Assembly: GCA_031414955.1 (NCBI GenBank)
Contig: JANOQV010000152.1
Coordinates: forward strand, 1-64,000
DNA from: Pedosphaera sp.
GTDB lineage: Bacteria > Verrucomicrobiota > Verrucomicrobiia > Limisphaerales > SIBH01
Direction of reading: 5' to 3'
DNA: 64,000 nucleotides
The notes beneath the pieces are model-generated. The model did no database searches. It was not told the origin of the DNA and saw nothing but the letters and a program-made list of their open reading frames with translations. Position 1 is the stretch's first letter. Each line of letters starts with the position of its first letter. Below, one piece after another: positions 46,188-55,567 of the stretch. The position numbers and the translations under genes were made by a program.

Positions 46188-49124
46188 TCAGCGAGTCAGG
46201 GACGTGTCCAGATTCAACAGCGTGTTCGCCACCAGCGTCAGCGCGGCCTGTTCGGGCGTAGCCCCGAGCTTGGCGGAGGATTCTGTGTCGGCACGGTAGT
46301 CGGCCAGCGCGCCTTGGTAGAGTTTCACGAGGGCGTTCACCGTGGCGCGCGGCGGGGCGTCGAGCGTGAGCAGACGGCAGCCGCGCTCGATCATTTCTCG
46401 GGGGGAACCGCCGTCCGTTTCCATGCGACTGCTCAACGCCTGGGCCATCTCGATGAAGGCCGGGTCATTCAGCACAGTCAGCGCCTGAAGCGGCGTGTTG
46501 CTGGGGAGGCGTCGCGCTGTGCAGACGTCGCGCGTGGGCGCATCGAAGGTCAGGAACATCGGATACCCGCTGGTGCGCTTGGCGTAAGTGTAGAGGCCGC
46601 GACGGAAACGGTTCTCATTGGTCGAGGTGTTCCACTTCTCGCCGTTATAGACGGAGTTCCAGATGCCGTCGGGCTGCGGCGGATACACCGGCGGGCCAAA
46701 TTGCTTTGCCACCAGCAAGCCCGAGACGGCCAGCGCTTGGTCGCGCACCATCTCCGCGGTGAGGCGCGAGCGCGGGCCGCGGGCATAAAGCTGATTGGCC
46801 GCATCCTTCTCCAGCAGTTTTGGCGTGGCGCGCGAGCTTTGGGCGTAGGTGGCGGAGAGCGCGATCGCCCGCAGGAAAGATTTCACCGACCATTTCAACT
46901 CGCCGCGCAGTCGCAGGGCGAGGTGGTCAAGCAGTTCGGGATGCGTCGGCTTCGCGCCGGAAGTGCCGAAATCCTCCAAGGTCTCGACCATGCCATGCCC
47001 GAACATCTCGGCCCAGAGGCGATTGGCCAGCACGCGCGCGGCCAGCGGGTTTTGATCGCCGACCAGCCAGCGCGCCAGGTCGAGGCGGTCGAGCGTGGCC
47101 TTCTTCGGCGGTTGCACCACGTCGGGCACACCGGGCGTCACGAGTTCGTCGCGGGTCAGCCGGTTGCCGCGGAGGAAGACGCGCGTCTCGCGCGTCGCCG
47201 CGCGCGAACGCTCGACCAGGACGGGCACGCTGATGCCGGGAAAATCCTTCAGTCGATCGCGCGCCGCGCGCCATTGCTTCCAGGCCTCGGCGCGGCCGGG
47301 CGCGCTGGCGAAGTCGGTGAGCTTCGGGTCCGTGCTGGCCGAGAGCGCGAAGTGTTTCAGCGGGCATCCTTGAAACCCGGAGTTGGCCGCGATGCCGTGC
47401 TCGAAGACAAGTTGCACCGTCGCGCCGTCGGGCGCGTCGAGCGGCTTCTCCAGCACCACCAAGCCCCAGCGCGGCCCGGACATCACCGGATAGCTGCCGA
47501 AGCCGCCGTCGCCCGTGATGATTTTGTTTGGATCGCGCGGCCCGGAGATTTGGTCGGCAATGACCTCCTTGAGCTTCACCGGTTGGTTCGACGCTCCGGG
47601 CACGACAAGCGAGACGGTGAGCTTGGAGAACATCTGGCCGCGCTCGGGCGTGCCCTTCGAGTCCTCGGAGCCGGGGAACAGCTCGATCCTGAGCGCGGTC
47701 ATTCCCACCACGGCCGGGACGGTGAGCGTGTATTGCACCGCGATGGGCAGCGTGCCACTGGCGTGGACGCGCCCGCCTTCCGCGATGGTGAGCGTGCCGC
47801 CGCTGGCCTTCGCCGACTGCGGCACGAGCGGCTTCCAGTCGGAGACTTTCGCCGCCACGACCAGTCCCTCGTTGTTCAGCTTCTCGCGCTGGAGCCGGGA
47901 GTCGCGCTGGAGTCGCACGCCCTCCTCGCGCTTCGCCAGGTCATTCGCGAAGGTGTAGCGCGGGAAGTCATCGTTCTGATCGCAGTCCTCGGTGTTGTTG
48001 AAGAAGGCGGCAAAGCGGTAGTAGTCGCGGTGCGGGTAGGGATCGTAAGGATGCGAGTGGCACTGCACGCAGCCAAAGGTGGTCGCATTCCAGGCCGTCC
48101 AAGTGGTGCTCACGCGGTCGAACACGGCGGCGTTGCGATATTCCTCATCGTCGGTCCCGCCCTCGGTGTTGTTCTGGGTGTTGCGATGGAAGGCGGTCGC
48201 GAGCAAGTCGTCCGCAGTTGGATTTGGCAGCAGATCCCCGGCGAGCTGTTTGATGGTGAACTGGTCGAAGGGGAGGTCGGCGTTGAAGGCGCGGGTCACC
48301 CAGTCGCGCCACGGCCAGATGTCGCGGTGCGGATCCTTCTCGTAGCCGAAGGTGTCCGAGTAACGCGCCAGGTCGAGCCATACCGAGGCCCAGCGCTCAC
48401 CGAATTGCGGCGAGGACAACAGGCGATCCACCACGCGCTCCTTGGCGGTCGTGGGATTCTTGGCGCGGTCCTTTACGAACGTGTCGTATTCCTCGGGTGT
48501 GGGCGGCAGGCCAATCAGGTCGAGTGACACGCGGCGCAGCCATTCAGCGGGTGTGGCTTCAGGCGATGGTTTCAGTGACTCCGCTTCCAGTCGCGCGAGG
48601 ATGAACTCATCGAGGGAAGACTTCGCCCACACCTTGTTCTTCAGCTTTGGGGTCGGCGGTTCCTGCGGCGGCACGAATGACCAGTGCTCGCTCCATTTCG
48701 CGCCTTCCGAAATCCACTGCCGCAAGGTGGCGATGTTCTGGTCGCTCAGGCGCGGGCCGTGGTCGGGCTTGGGCATCACCTCGTCCGGGTCTTTCGAGAG
48801 CACGCGGCGCATCAACTCTGATTGCCCTGGGTCGCCCGGCACGATGGGGCGTTCGCCGGACTTGGCCGGGGCCAGCGCCTTGTCGCGGTAGATGAGCGAG
48901 AGTTTTCCCGCCGCCTTTACCCCACCGTGGCAGGCCGTGCAGTGCTGGGCGAAGATGGGCCGGATGTCGCGGTTGAACTCAGTGGGTTGGGGGTTGCGCG
49001 GACCGGCGGCCGAGGCGTCAGCCCAAGCCAGCAAAGCCACTCCCAGTCCGATGCCCAGGGTTAATTCCTTAATGCACATGTTCATTCGCGAGTCCGTCGC
49101 AGCTGAGAACTGATTGATGTTCAA
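46188..49124 (-). CDS. Planctomycete cytochrome c / DUF1549 / DUF1553 (PSD1-type) protein
   Basis: FNRDIRPIF..CTACHG, HWSF, LRRVSLDLIGLPP, WLDLARYSD, CVQCHSH, PTHPELLDHLA and NTPLQAL; start may be 49085 or 49079. Confidence 0.92.
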   Translation of the reverse strand: MNINQFSAATDSRMNMCIKELTLGIGLGVALLAWADASAAGPRNPQPTEFNRDIRPIFAQHCTACHGGVKAAGKLSLIYRDKALAPAKSGERPIVPGDPGQSELMRRVLSKDPDEVMPKPDHGPRLSDQNIATLRQWISEGAKWSEHWSFVPPQEPPTPKLKNKVWAKSSLDEFILARLEAESLKPSPEATPAEWLRRVSLDLIGLPPTPEEYDTFVKDRAKNPTTAKERVVDRLLSSPQFGERWASVWLDLARYSDTFGYEKDPHRDIWPWRDWVTRAFNADLPFDQFTIKQLAGDLLPNPTADDLLATAFHRNTQNNTEGGTDDEEYRNAAVFDRVSTTWTAWNATTFGCVQCHSHPYDPYPHRDYYRFAAFFNNTEDCDQNDDFPRYTFANDLAKREEGVRLQRDSRLQREKLNNEGLVVAAKVSDWKPLVPQSAKASGGTLTIAEGGRVHASGTLPIAVQYTLTVPAVVGMTALRIELFPGSEDSKGTPERGQMFSKLTVSLVVPGASNQPVKLKEVIADQISGPRDPNKIITGDGGFGSYPVMSGPRWGLVVLEKPLDAPDGATVQLVFEHGIAANSGFQGCPLKHFALSASTDPKLTDFASAPGRAEAWKQWRAARDRLKDFPGISVPVLVERSRAATRETRVFLRGNRLTRDELVTPGVPDVVQPPKKATLDRLDLARWLVGDQNPLAARVLANRLWAEMFGHGMVETLEDFGTSGAKPTHPELLDHLALRLRGELKWSVKSFLRAIALSATYAQSSRATPKLLEKDAANQLYARGPRSRLTAEMVRDQALAVSGLLVAKQFGPPVYPPQPDGIWNSVYNGEKWNTSTNENRFRRGLYTYAKRTSGYPMFLTFDAPTRDVCTARRLPSNTPLQALTVLNDPAFIEMAQALSSRMETDGGSPREMIERGCRLLTLDAPPRATVNALVKLYQGALADYRADTESSAKLGATPEQAALTLVANTLLNLDTSLTR

Positions 49125-49246
49125 TATGATAGTGACTGCGGACCTCCTGCGGCAATTCAGGGGTGGAGCAATCTGTTGGACCGACCTCCAACCCAGCGTG
49201 GCGGTGATGGGTTCTGCGCAAGTACCTCAAACGAAATCCGTCTTCC

Positions 49247-51226
49247 TCACTCAATCAGCACGTTCACAATCGCGTTCCCGATGCCGATTATGGCCGCGCC
49301 GGAGATGAGGCCGGCGCAAATTGGTTCGCAGCCTTCCACCCAGAACTCATGCGCCTTGGTGCCGGGCGCGGGCTTCTGCCGCGCCTTCCACCAGAAGGGC
49401 AGGGCACCCAGCCACATGGCGAGGCAGGCATCCGGTGGCAGCACCACGCCGAGTCCGACGGACACGGATGAAATAGGGAATCGTCCTTTGGTGGTGATGC
49501 GCAGCACCTCGAAGATAATCGCGGCCAAGGCGGCCATCCCCATGGCGAGGAACGCCGACGTGGGCAGGCTGCTCACGCCCTTGGCGATCAGGTCGGCCAC
49601 GCCTTTCCATTGCAGCGCGGCGGGCATGGCGAATTGCTCGGAGACAATCGTGGAGACTGAGCGCACCCCTTCCTTGTTTGGCGGCAGGAAGAGCAGGAAA
49701 AAGAGCGGCGTGGAGGCGATCGCGCCCGCGAAAATGCCAATGACATGGCCGATGGCCTGCTGACGCGGCTTCGCGCCGAGCATGTAGCCGGGCTTGATGT
49801 CGGACAGCAGGTTGGCGGCGTTGGAAGCGATCTCGGCCGTCATGCCGGCGGGAATGAGGTTGCTGGCCGGATTCGTGCGGTCGATGGCACCCATGCTAAA
49901 CTGCGTGATCTTTGAGAGCGCGCCCGTCGGCATCCACGAGGTCAGCGCCATGGAGTTCGTGCAGATGACCGAGAGGACAAAAATCAACGGCAACGAGATG
50001 AAGGCCAGCAGCCAGGGCACTCCGAAAAAAACATGAGTCACCCACGCGCCGAGCACGCTGAAGATCGGCACGCCCACAAAGGACATCCAGAGCGGCAACT
50101 CGATCTGGCGCAACACGTCCGGGCCGGCTGGCGCGCGACGGCGGAAGATCTTGAACACGCTTTTGAACAGATCGGGCTTGGCGAACAGGCTGACCAGCGA
50201 GCCGACGACCATCATGGTCACGCCCCACCAGAGCGACCATTGATTGACGATCTCAGCGCGCGTGATTTGAACGAGCGCGCCGCTGGGTGCGGTGTAGGCC
50301 TTGATCTCGCCGCGCTGGATGATGATGGGCGCGAGCACGGCAAAGTTCATCACCGCGCCGAGCAGGCAACTGGTGGCCACGCGAATGCCCATCAGTCCGC
50401 CCACGCCCAGCATGGCGGCGTCGAGCGTGAAGCGCAGGCCGAGCTTGGTGAATTCGGTTCCGAGAATGGCCGGCTTCCACCAGCCGAACTTCGCGGCCAG
50501 CGTGTAGTAGTAAGTATCGAGCCGCTCTTGGAGGTGCCACGGCTCCTTCAACTCGGCCCATTGGTGCATCCGTAGCAGCTTGAACTGCAACAGTTTCATC
50601 CACCCGTCGCTGGTGATGAATTGATAGCTCGCCGTGAGGACAGCCGTCACCCCGAGCAGCCGGGCTTTGAACATCCCGGCCGACGCCTGTCCGGTATAAA
50701 GGGTGTCGAGGACCACGCCCGCGGCCCGACCTTCCGGGAACGGGAGTTGTTCCTCGTTGATGAAGCGGCGTTTCATCGGAAACGCGACCAGCACGCCGAG
50801 GATCGAGATGACCACGTTCCACACGATCATCTGCCACCACGGCACGATGCGGCCCGTAACCAGCATGTAGGCCGCGAGACTGGAGACGAGCGGCGTGATC
50901 ATGTAGCCCGCCGCCGTGGCGATGGACTGCGTGCAGTTGTTCTCCAGGATGGTGAGGTCTTTCATCAAACCGGCCCTGGCCAGGATGCGAAAGAGGGCGA
51001 AGGCCAGGATCACCGAGGTCAGCCCCACGCCAATCGTGATGCCGGTCTTGCCCCCGATGTAGAGCGCGGTGGCCGACAGCACGCCACCGAGCACGAAGCC
51101 CGTGACCGCGGAGCGCATGGTGAGTTGCGCCATGTCGCCGCGATAAATATTTTTCAGCCACCACTCATCCTTCTGGGCGCGGGTCCACGTCCGCGTCTGC
51201 TCGTCGGTCAGTTGTTGCAGGGCCAT
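49247..51226 (-). CDS. OPT family oligopeptide transporter
   Basis: QLTMRS, ENNCTQSIATA, LPFPEGRA and DIKPGYMLGAKPRQQ; many TM helices; ATG 51226 within ORF 49247..51442. Confidence 0.9.
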   Translation of the reverse strand: MALQQLTDEQTRTWTRAQKDEWWLKNIYRGDMAQLTMRSAVTGFVLGGVLSATALYIGGKTGITIGVGLTSVILAFALFRILARAGLMKDLTILENNCTQSIATAAGYMITPLVSSLAAYMLVTGRIVPWWQMIVWNVVISILGVLVAFPMKRRFINEEQLPFPEGRAAGVVLDTLYTGQASAGMFKARLLGVTAVLTASYQFITSDGWMKLLQFKLLRMHQWAELKEPWHLQERLDTYYYTLAAKFGWWKPAILGTEFTKLGLRFTLDAAMLGVGGLMGIRVATSCLLGAVMNFAVLAPIIIQRGEIKAYTAPSGALVQITRAEIVNQWSLWWGVTMMVVGSLVSLFAKPDLFKSVFKIFRRRAPAGPDVLRQIELPLWMSFVGVPIFSVLGAWVTHVFFGVPWLLAFISLPLIFVLSVICTNSMALTSWMPTGALSKITQFSMGAIDRTNPASNLIPAGMTAEIASNAANLLSDIKPGYMLGAKPRQQAIGHVIGIFAGAIASTPLFFLLFLPPNKEGVRSVSTIVSEQFAMPAALQWKGVADLIAKGVSSLPTSAFLAMGMAALAAIIFEVLRITTKGRFPISSVSVGLGVVLPPDACLAMWLGALPFWWKARQKPAPGTKAHEFWVEGCEPICAGLISGAAIIGIGNAIVNVLIE

Positions 51227-51273
51227 GCGGTTGGAAATAGCAGGAGCGAGCGGGCGGATGAAAGGTCTGTTGT

Positions 51274-51377
51274 GGAGCGCGGGCTTTCCAGCCCGCAGCA
51301 ATGTGAGACACCGAAAGACCCCGAACCGAACGGAGACTGACTGGTCATCGACCGTTGCTGCGGGCTGGAAAGCCCGC
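51274..51377. repeat. REPIN-like inverted pair (variant stem)
   Basis: Perfect 23-bp IR gcgggctttccagcccgcagcaa (51279-51301 / 51355-51377), preceded by ggagc. Confidence 0.75.
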
Positions 51378-51434
51378 CCGCCGACGGTTTTTGGAGTTTG
51401 GAATTTTATCCCTCTGCCCTCCATCATCCCGCCC

Positions 51435-52685
51435 ATGCTCACTCTCGAAAGATTTTCGTTCGGCGTCGGGGACCGGTTCGCCCATCAGGCCAAGGCGCAA
51501 TTGCGCGCCTTCCAGATGCTGGCCCAGGACGGTATCGACGTCGCGCCGGTGTGGAACAAGTCCAACCGGGAACACACCTTCATCGGCTCGGAGCCGCAGA
51601 GCGTGTTCGACGCAGCGCAGGCGGCAGTCAAGGCGCTCGGCTGGAACAAGGGCTGGCATGTGGACGCCGACCACATTCGCTTGGAGACAGTGGACCGTTT
51701 CATGGGCTGCTCGGACTTCTTCACCATTGATGTCGCGGACTCCATCGGCAAGCCGGCGGCAACGGCGGACGTGCAGGCGTTTGTCGCCCGGCATCCCGAA
51801 CTGGTGGGCACGGTGAACATCGCGGGCGTGGGCACGCCATTCACGACCACGCGTGCCGATGTGGAACGCGTCGCAGCCAAGTATCTGCTCGCCGTGCAGG
51901 ACGCGGGGAAGATTTACCGGCACATTGCCGCCAAGAAGGGCGAGGCGAACATCATCGCCGAGGTTTCCATGGACGAGACGGACGCACCGCAAACGCCGCC
52001 GGAACTGCTCATCATCCTTGCCGCCATCGCCGACGAGAAAGTGCGGGCGCAGACCATCGCGCCGAAATTTACCGGGCGCTTCAACAAGGGTGTGGATTAC
52101 GTGGGCGACCTTGCGCAGTTCGAGCGCGAGTTCAACGACGACCTCGCCGTGATCGCGCACGCCGTCGCGCGCTACGGCTTGCCCGCGAACCTCAAGCTCA
52201 GCGTCCACAGCGGTAGCGACAAGTTCAGCCTCTACCCCATCATCCGCCGCGCCCTCGCGCGCGCCGGCGCGGGCGTGCATCTCAAGACCGCCGGCACGAC
52301 CTGGCTGGAGGAACTCATCGGCCTCGCCGAAGCCGGAGGCGACGGACTCGCGCTGGCGAAGGAGATTTACGCCTACGCCCTCGCGCATGTGGACGAGCTT
52401 TGTGCGCCCTATGCCAGCGTCATCGACATCGACCGCGCCAAGCTTCCGAGTGCCGCGACGGTGAACGGCTGGACCGGCCCGCAACTCGCCAGCGCGCTGC
52501 GCCACATCCCGACGCATCCCGAATTTAACGCCCACGTCCGCCAGCTTCTGCACGTCTCCTTCAAGCTCGCGGCCAAGGCTGGTGGGCGTTACCTCGACCT
52601 GCTCAAGGCCAACGAAGCCATCGTGGCCAAGCAAGTCACCGAGAACATCTACGAGCGCCACATGCGGCCGATGTTTGTGGGGTGA
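51435..52685 (+). CDS. uxaE: Tagaturonate/fructuronate epimerase family protein
   Basis: SFGVGDRF, VDADH, EVSMDET, KLSVHSGSDKFSLY and HLKTAGTTWLEE. Confidence 0.9.
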   Translation: MLTLERFSFGVGDRFAHQAKAQLRAFQMLAQDGIDVAPVWNKSNREHTFIGSEPQSVFDAAQAAVKALGWNKGWHVDADHIRLETVDRFMGCSDFFTIDVADSIGKPAATADVQAFVARHPELVGTVNIAGVGTPFTTTRADVERVAAKYLLAVQDAGKIYRHIAAKKGEANIIAEVSMDETDAPQTPPELLIILAAIADEKVRAQTIAPKFTGRFNKGVDYVGDLAQFEREFNDDLAVIAHAVARYGLPANLKLSVHSGSDKFSLYPIIRRALARAGAGVHLKTAGTTWLEELIGLAEAGGDGLALAKEIYAYALAHVDELCAPYASVIDIDRAKLPSAATVNGWTGPQLASALRHIPTHPEFNAHVRQLLHVSFKLAAKAGGRYLDLLKANEAIVAKQVTENIYERHMRPMFVG

Positions 52686-52779
52686 AAAGCTCTGACGGGT
52701 AGGAAGGCGCTCTCAAGAGTTGCCGGGTTCAGCATGATTGACCGGCCATCTGTCCTGCTTCACCATTCGCTTAAGCTTG

Positions 52780-52995
52780 ATGAACCTGATTACCACCAAG
52801 AGTGCGGCGGAGATTCTCGGCATCACGCCTGTCCGGGTGCGGCAACTCATCCAGCAAGGCCAGCTTCCGTCGATGAAACACGGGCGCGATCACCTTTTGG
52901 AAAAGGAAGTGGTGCAACGCTTCAACCGCGAGGGAAGGCGCCCCGGCGGGCGGCCGCCAAAACAAGTTGGTAGAAAAAGATTGCGCGTGCGATAG
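52780..52995 (+). CDS. Excisionase-like helix-turn-helix DNA-binding protein (HTH_17)
   Basis: LITTKSAAEILGITPVRVRQLIQQGQLPS.K.G with an AT-hook-like GRPPK tail; TTGACC-N17-CACCAT upstream at 52738-52766. Confidence 0.8.
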   Translation: MNLITTKSAAEILGITPVRVRQLIQQGQLPSMKHGRDHLLEKEVVQRFNREGRRPGGRPPKQVGRKRLRVR

Positions 52996-53007
52996 GGTTT
53001 TAACACG

Positions 53008-54129
53008 ATGCCACTCATGGTTCATGCCAATGGAACTTGCGCTCCGCCCCCCAGCACCCGGGGGCGCAAGAAAGCCGTCACGCTGGAGACGGTTCCCGAG
53101 ACGGACATTTTCAAGAACAGCTTGGTCCAGATTCATCACGCAAACAGTCTGGACTGCTACGAATCATGGCCCGCGCCGACGGCCATCATTTCCGATGGCG
53201 CGTATGGCGTGCTCGGTTTCGATGGCGATACGTCCGATCACCTTGGAGTGCCGGACTGGTATGAACCCCACGCCAAAGCCTGGGCTTCGCGCGCCACGCC
53301 ACAGACAACGCTGTGGTTTTGGAATTCCGAAATTGGCTGGGCTGCCGCGCATCCCATTTTGGAGAAGCACGGCTTCCGCTACGTCAACGCCAATGTCTGG
53401 AACAAGACCAAGGCCCACATCGCGGGCAATGTGAACACGGCGAAAATCCGCCGGTTTCCGGTGGTGACGGAGCTTTGCGTGCAATACTCGTTCGAGGCGC
53501 GCATCGACGGGCTGCCTTTGAAAATGTGGCTGCTGGCCGAATGGCAGAGGACGGGACTTCCGTTGCGCCAGACGAACGAGGCATGTGGCGTGGTGGACGC
53601 AGCCACCCGGAAATATTTTGACCGTGGACATCTGTGGTACCCGCCGCCGCCGGACAAGTTTCAGATGTTGGCTGATTACGCCAACAAACACGGAACCGCG
53701 CAGGGCCGCCCTTACTTCTCCATCGACGGCAAGCGTTCGCTAACCGCCGAGGAATGGGAAGTCATGCGCTACAAGTTTCGGTGCCCGCATGGCTTCACCA
53801 ATGTCTGGGAGCGCACCGCATTGCACAACGGAGAGCGGATCAAGGCACCGAACGGCAAGGCGGCCCACTTGAACCAGAAGCCGCTCGATCTGCTGGCGCT
53901 CATCATCAAGGCGTCATCCGATGAGGGTGACGTGATCTGGGAACCGTTTGGCGGACTGTTCAGTGCCTCAGTGGCCGCCTGGGGCAGCGGACGCAGGGCT
54001 TACGCGGCGGAAATTGATTCGACCTACTTTCAGTTTGGCGTGCGCCGTTTCAGCGAACCAGCGCAGCATGAGCCGATCAGGCGAGCGATAGGCACTCAAC
54101 ATCCCATCCGCCAGTCGCCAAACTGGTGA
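53008..54129 (+). CDS. Site-specific DNA amino-methyltransferase (beta-class order, atypical motifs)
   Basis: ISDGAYG at the DPPY position near the N-terminus; HLNQKP..L..I..SS.EGDVIWEPFGG..AEID near the C-terminus. Confidence 0.85.
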   Translation: MPLMVHANGTCAPPPSTRGRKKAVTLETVPETDIFKNSLVQIHHANSLDCYESWPAPTAIISDGAYGVLGFDGDTSDHLGVPDWYEPHAKAWASRATPQTTLWFWNSEIGWAAAHPILEKHGFRYVNANVWNKTKAHIAGNVNTAKIRRFPVVTELCVQYSFEARIDGLPLKMWLLAEWQRTGLPLRQTNEACGVVDAATRKYFDRGHLWYPPPPDKFQMLADYANKHGTAQGRPYFSIDGKRSLTAEEWEVMRYKFRCPHGFTNVWERTALHNGERIKAPNGKAAHLNQKPLDLLALIIKASSDEGDVIWEPFGGLFSASVAAWGSGRRAYAAEIDSTYFQFGVRRFSEPAQHEPIRRAIGTQHPIRQSPNW

Positions 54130-55049
54130 AGCACGTCGCTCAATTCCTTCATGGCTGCGCTGCTTGAATTGCCAATCAGCAGACCGTGCGTTCGCAACCC
54201 GCGTTCCTTGCGGGCGTGGCGGATCAACTCCACCGTCTCCCGGGCCACGGGAAATTCCCCATCGCTGACGAGGAGTATGTCTGCTCGTTGCCACGATTCC
54301 TTCTGGAGCTTGGCAGTGGCGCGGCGCAAAGGTTCCGCGACGTCCGTGCCGCCGTGGAAGGAGCAGGCGAGAAAGTTCAGCAAGCTCGCCAGTCCGTCCT
54401 CGCTGAGTTTCAATTCCAGTTCGGCCACGTCCTGCGGCCCGCTGAATGAGTAGAGGTAGCACGCTCGCTTCTCGGCGTGGGCCACGCGCAAGGCTTCAAG
54501 CGTCACCGCTTTCGCGACCAGTTCCGGCGCACCCTGCATGGAGCCGGACGTGTCGAGGCAGACGATGATAGGGCCGCGCTCGGTTTTCGGCTGTGGCTTG
54601 GGGCGCTCGACTTCCATCATCACGTCGCTCTCGCTCGACACGCGCTCGGCCATCACGCCTTGCACGCGGTAGGTGAGCAGAGCGTGTTCGATGCGGCGGG
54701 CGTGCCAGAGATACTTGAGCACGGGATGCCTCAGCGTTGCGGCTTCGGCGGGAATCATGCGTGAGATGTCGTCCGAAAGCGTCAGGCCGTGGACTTCGTG
54801 CGGCGCGAACTCGGTCTGCACTTCGCGCCATTCGTCCTGCGCGCGGCGGATGGGGACGAAGATGCGCTCCATCACGCTCGGCGCGTTTTCGTCCGCGCGC
54901 TCCTGCAAGCGGCCCAGCGTGCGGACGAGTTCCGTCAGTTGCGGGCAACTCTCCAGCAGCTTCCGCAGGCGGGCGATTTCCTGCCAGCCGTGATGACGCA
55001 GGACGCTGCGGGCCAGGTCGCGTCCGCGTCCGAGCAATTCGCCAATCAA
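54096..55049 (-). pseudogene. viaA: N-terminally truncated ViaA-like VWA protein
   Basis: SDDISRMIPAE, GPIIVCLDTSGSM (MIDAS), FHGGTD and ADILLVSDGEF; ViaA-like sequence begins abruptly at GELLGRG; TTG 55049 overlaps the upstream TGA. Confidence 0.75.
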
Positions 55050-55567
55050 ATCTCGACGTTCGCCACGTAAAAGCTCTTGGCCCGCCAGCAACGCGACTGG
55101 TCGTTCTGGTTCAACCATTCCTCCACTTTTTCCAGCGTTAGTCTCACTTGAACGTCATCAGGCGATGGGCCGCCCGGTTTGCGCTCGCCATGCGTGCCGC
55201 TGGTTCTCTGGGAAAGAAATTTCAACGCCGGCCAATCAAGAACCATATCTTCGGGCAGGCTTTTTTCGTCGCCGCTTTCCCAGCCGTCTTCACGCAGGAT
55301 TGTCCTTCCGACCTCTGACAATTCGTAATCGTTCAAGTCGAGACGACGCAGTTCATCGGTTTTGGGTTGCACCGCGCTTAACGAACGCAAGTCGTCTAAA
55401 GCAGCCTCTAAGAAAGCCGGCTCACCGATGCAGAGTTGGGCCGTTGCGTCCGCGATTGTTGGCGTGTTTGTTTGGAATGCGTTGAGAAGGCTCAACACGG
55501 CCCATTCAAAACTGTTCAGCCGCCTGAATTCAACGGCGGTGATTTCGACTGTGACGTGCAGAATCAT
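55046..55567 (-). CDS. Hypothetical protein with a winged-helix-like N-terminus
   Basis: ATG directly abuts the helicase stop; LNSFEWAVLSLL..TIADATAQLCIG..FLEAALDDL..YELSEVGR pattern resembles a wHTH. Confidence 0.65.
   Translation of the reverse strand: MILHVTVEITAVEFRRLNSFEWAVLSLLNAFQTNTPTIADATAQLCIGEPAFLEAALDDLRSLSAVQPKTDELRRLDLNDYELSEVGRTILREDGWESGDEKSLPEDMVLDWPALKFLSQRTSGTHGERKPGGPSPDDVQVRLTLEKVEEWLNQNDQSRCWRAKSFYVANVEI

Noticed and set aside
46314..48527. 737-aa plus-strand ORF (also 59639..61450 and 51345..52661)
   Set aside because: Antisense to well-supported genes (PSD1-type protein, ilvB, uxaE)
52738..52749. TTGACCGGCCAT shared with the carA promoter (2909-2920)
   Set aside because: Half of the match is the -35 consensus; no functional link between the genes, likely coincidence
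52780..52995. HTH_17 gene as evidence of a prophage or ICE
   Set aside because: No integrase, att-flanking tRNA or phage structural genes in the window
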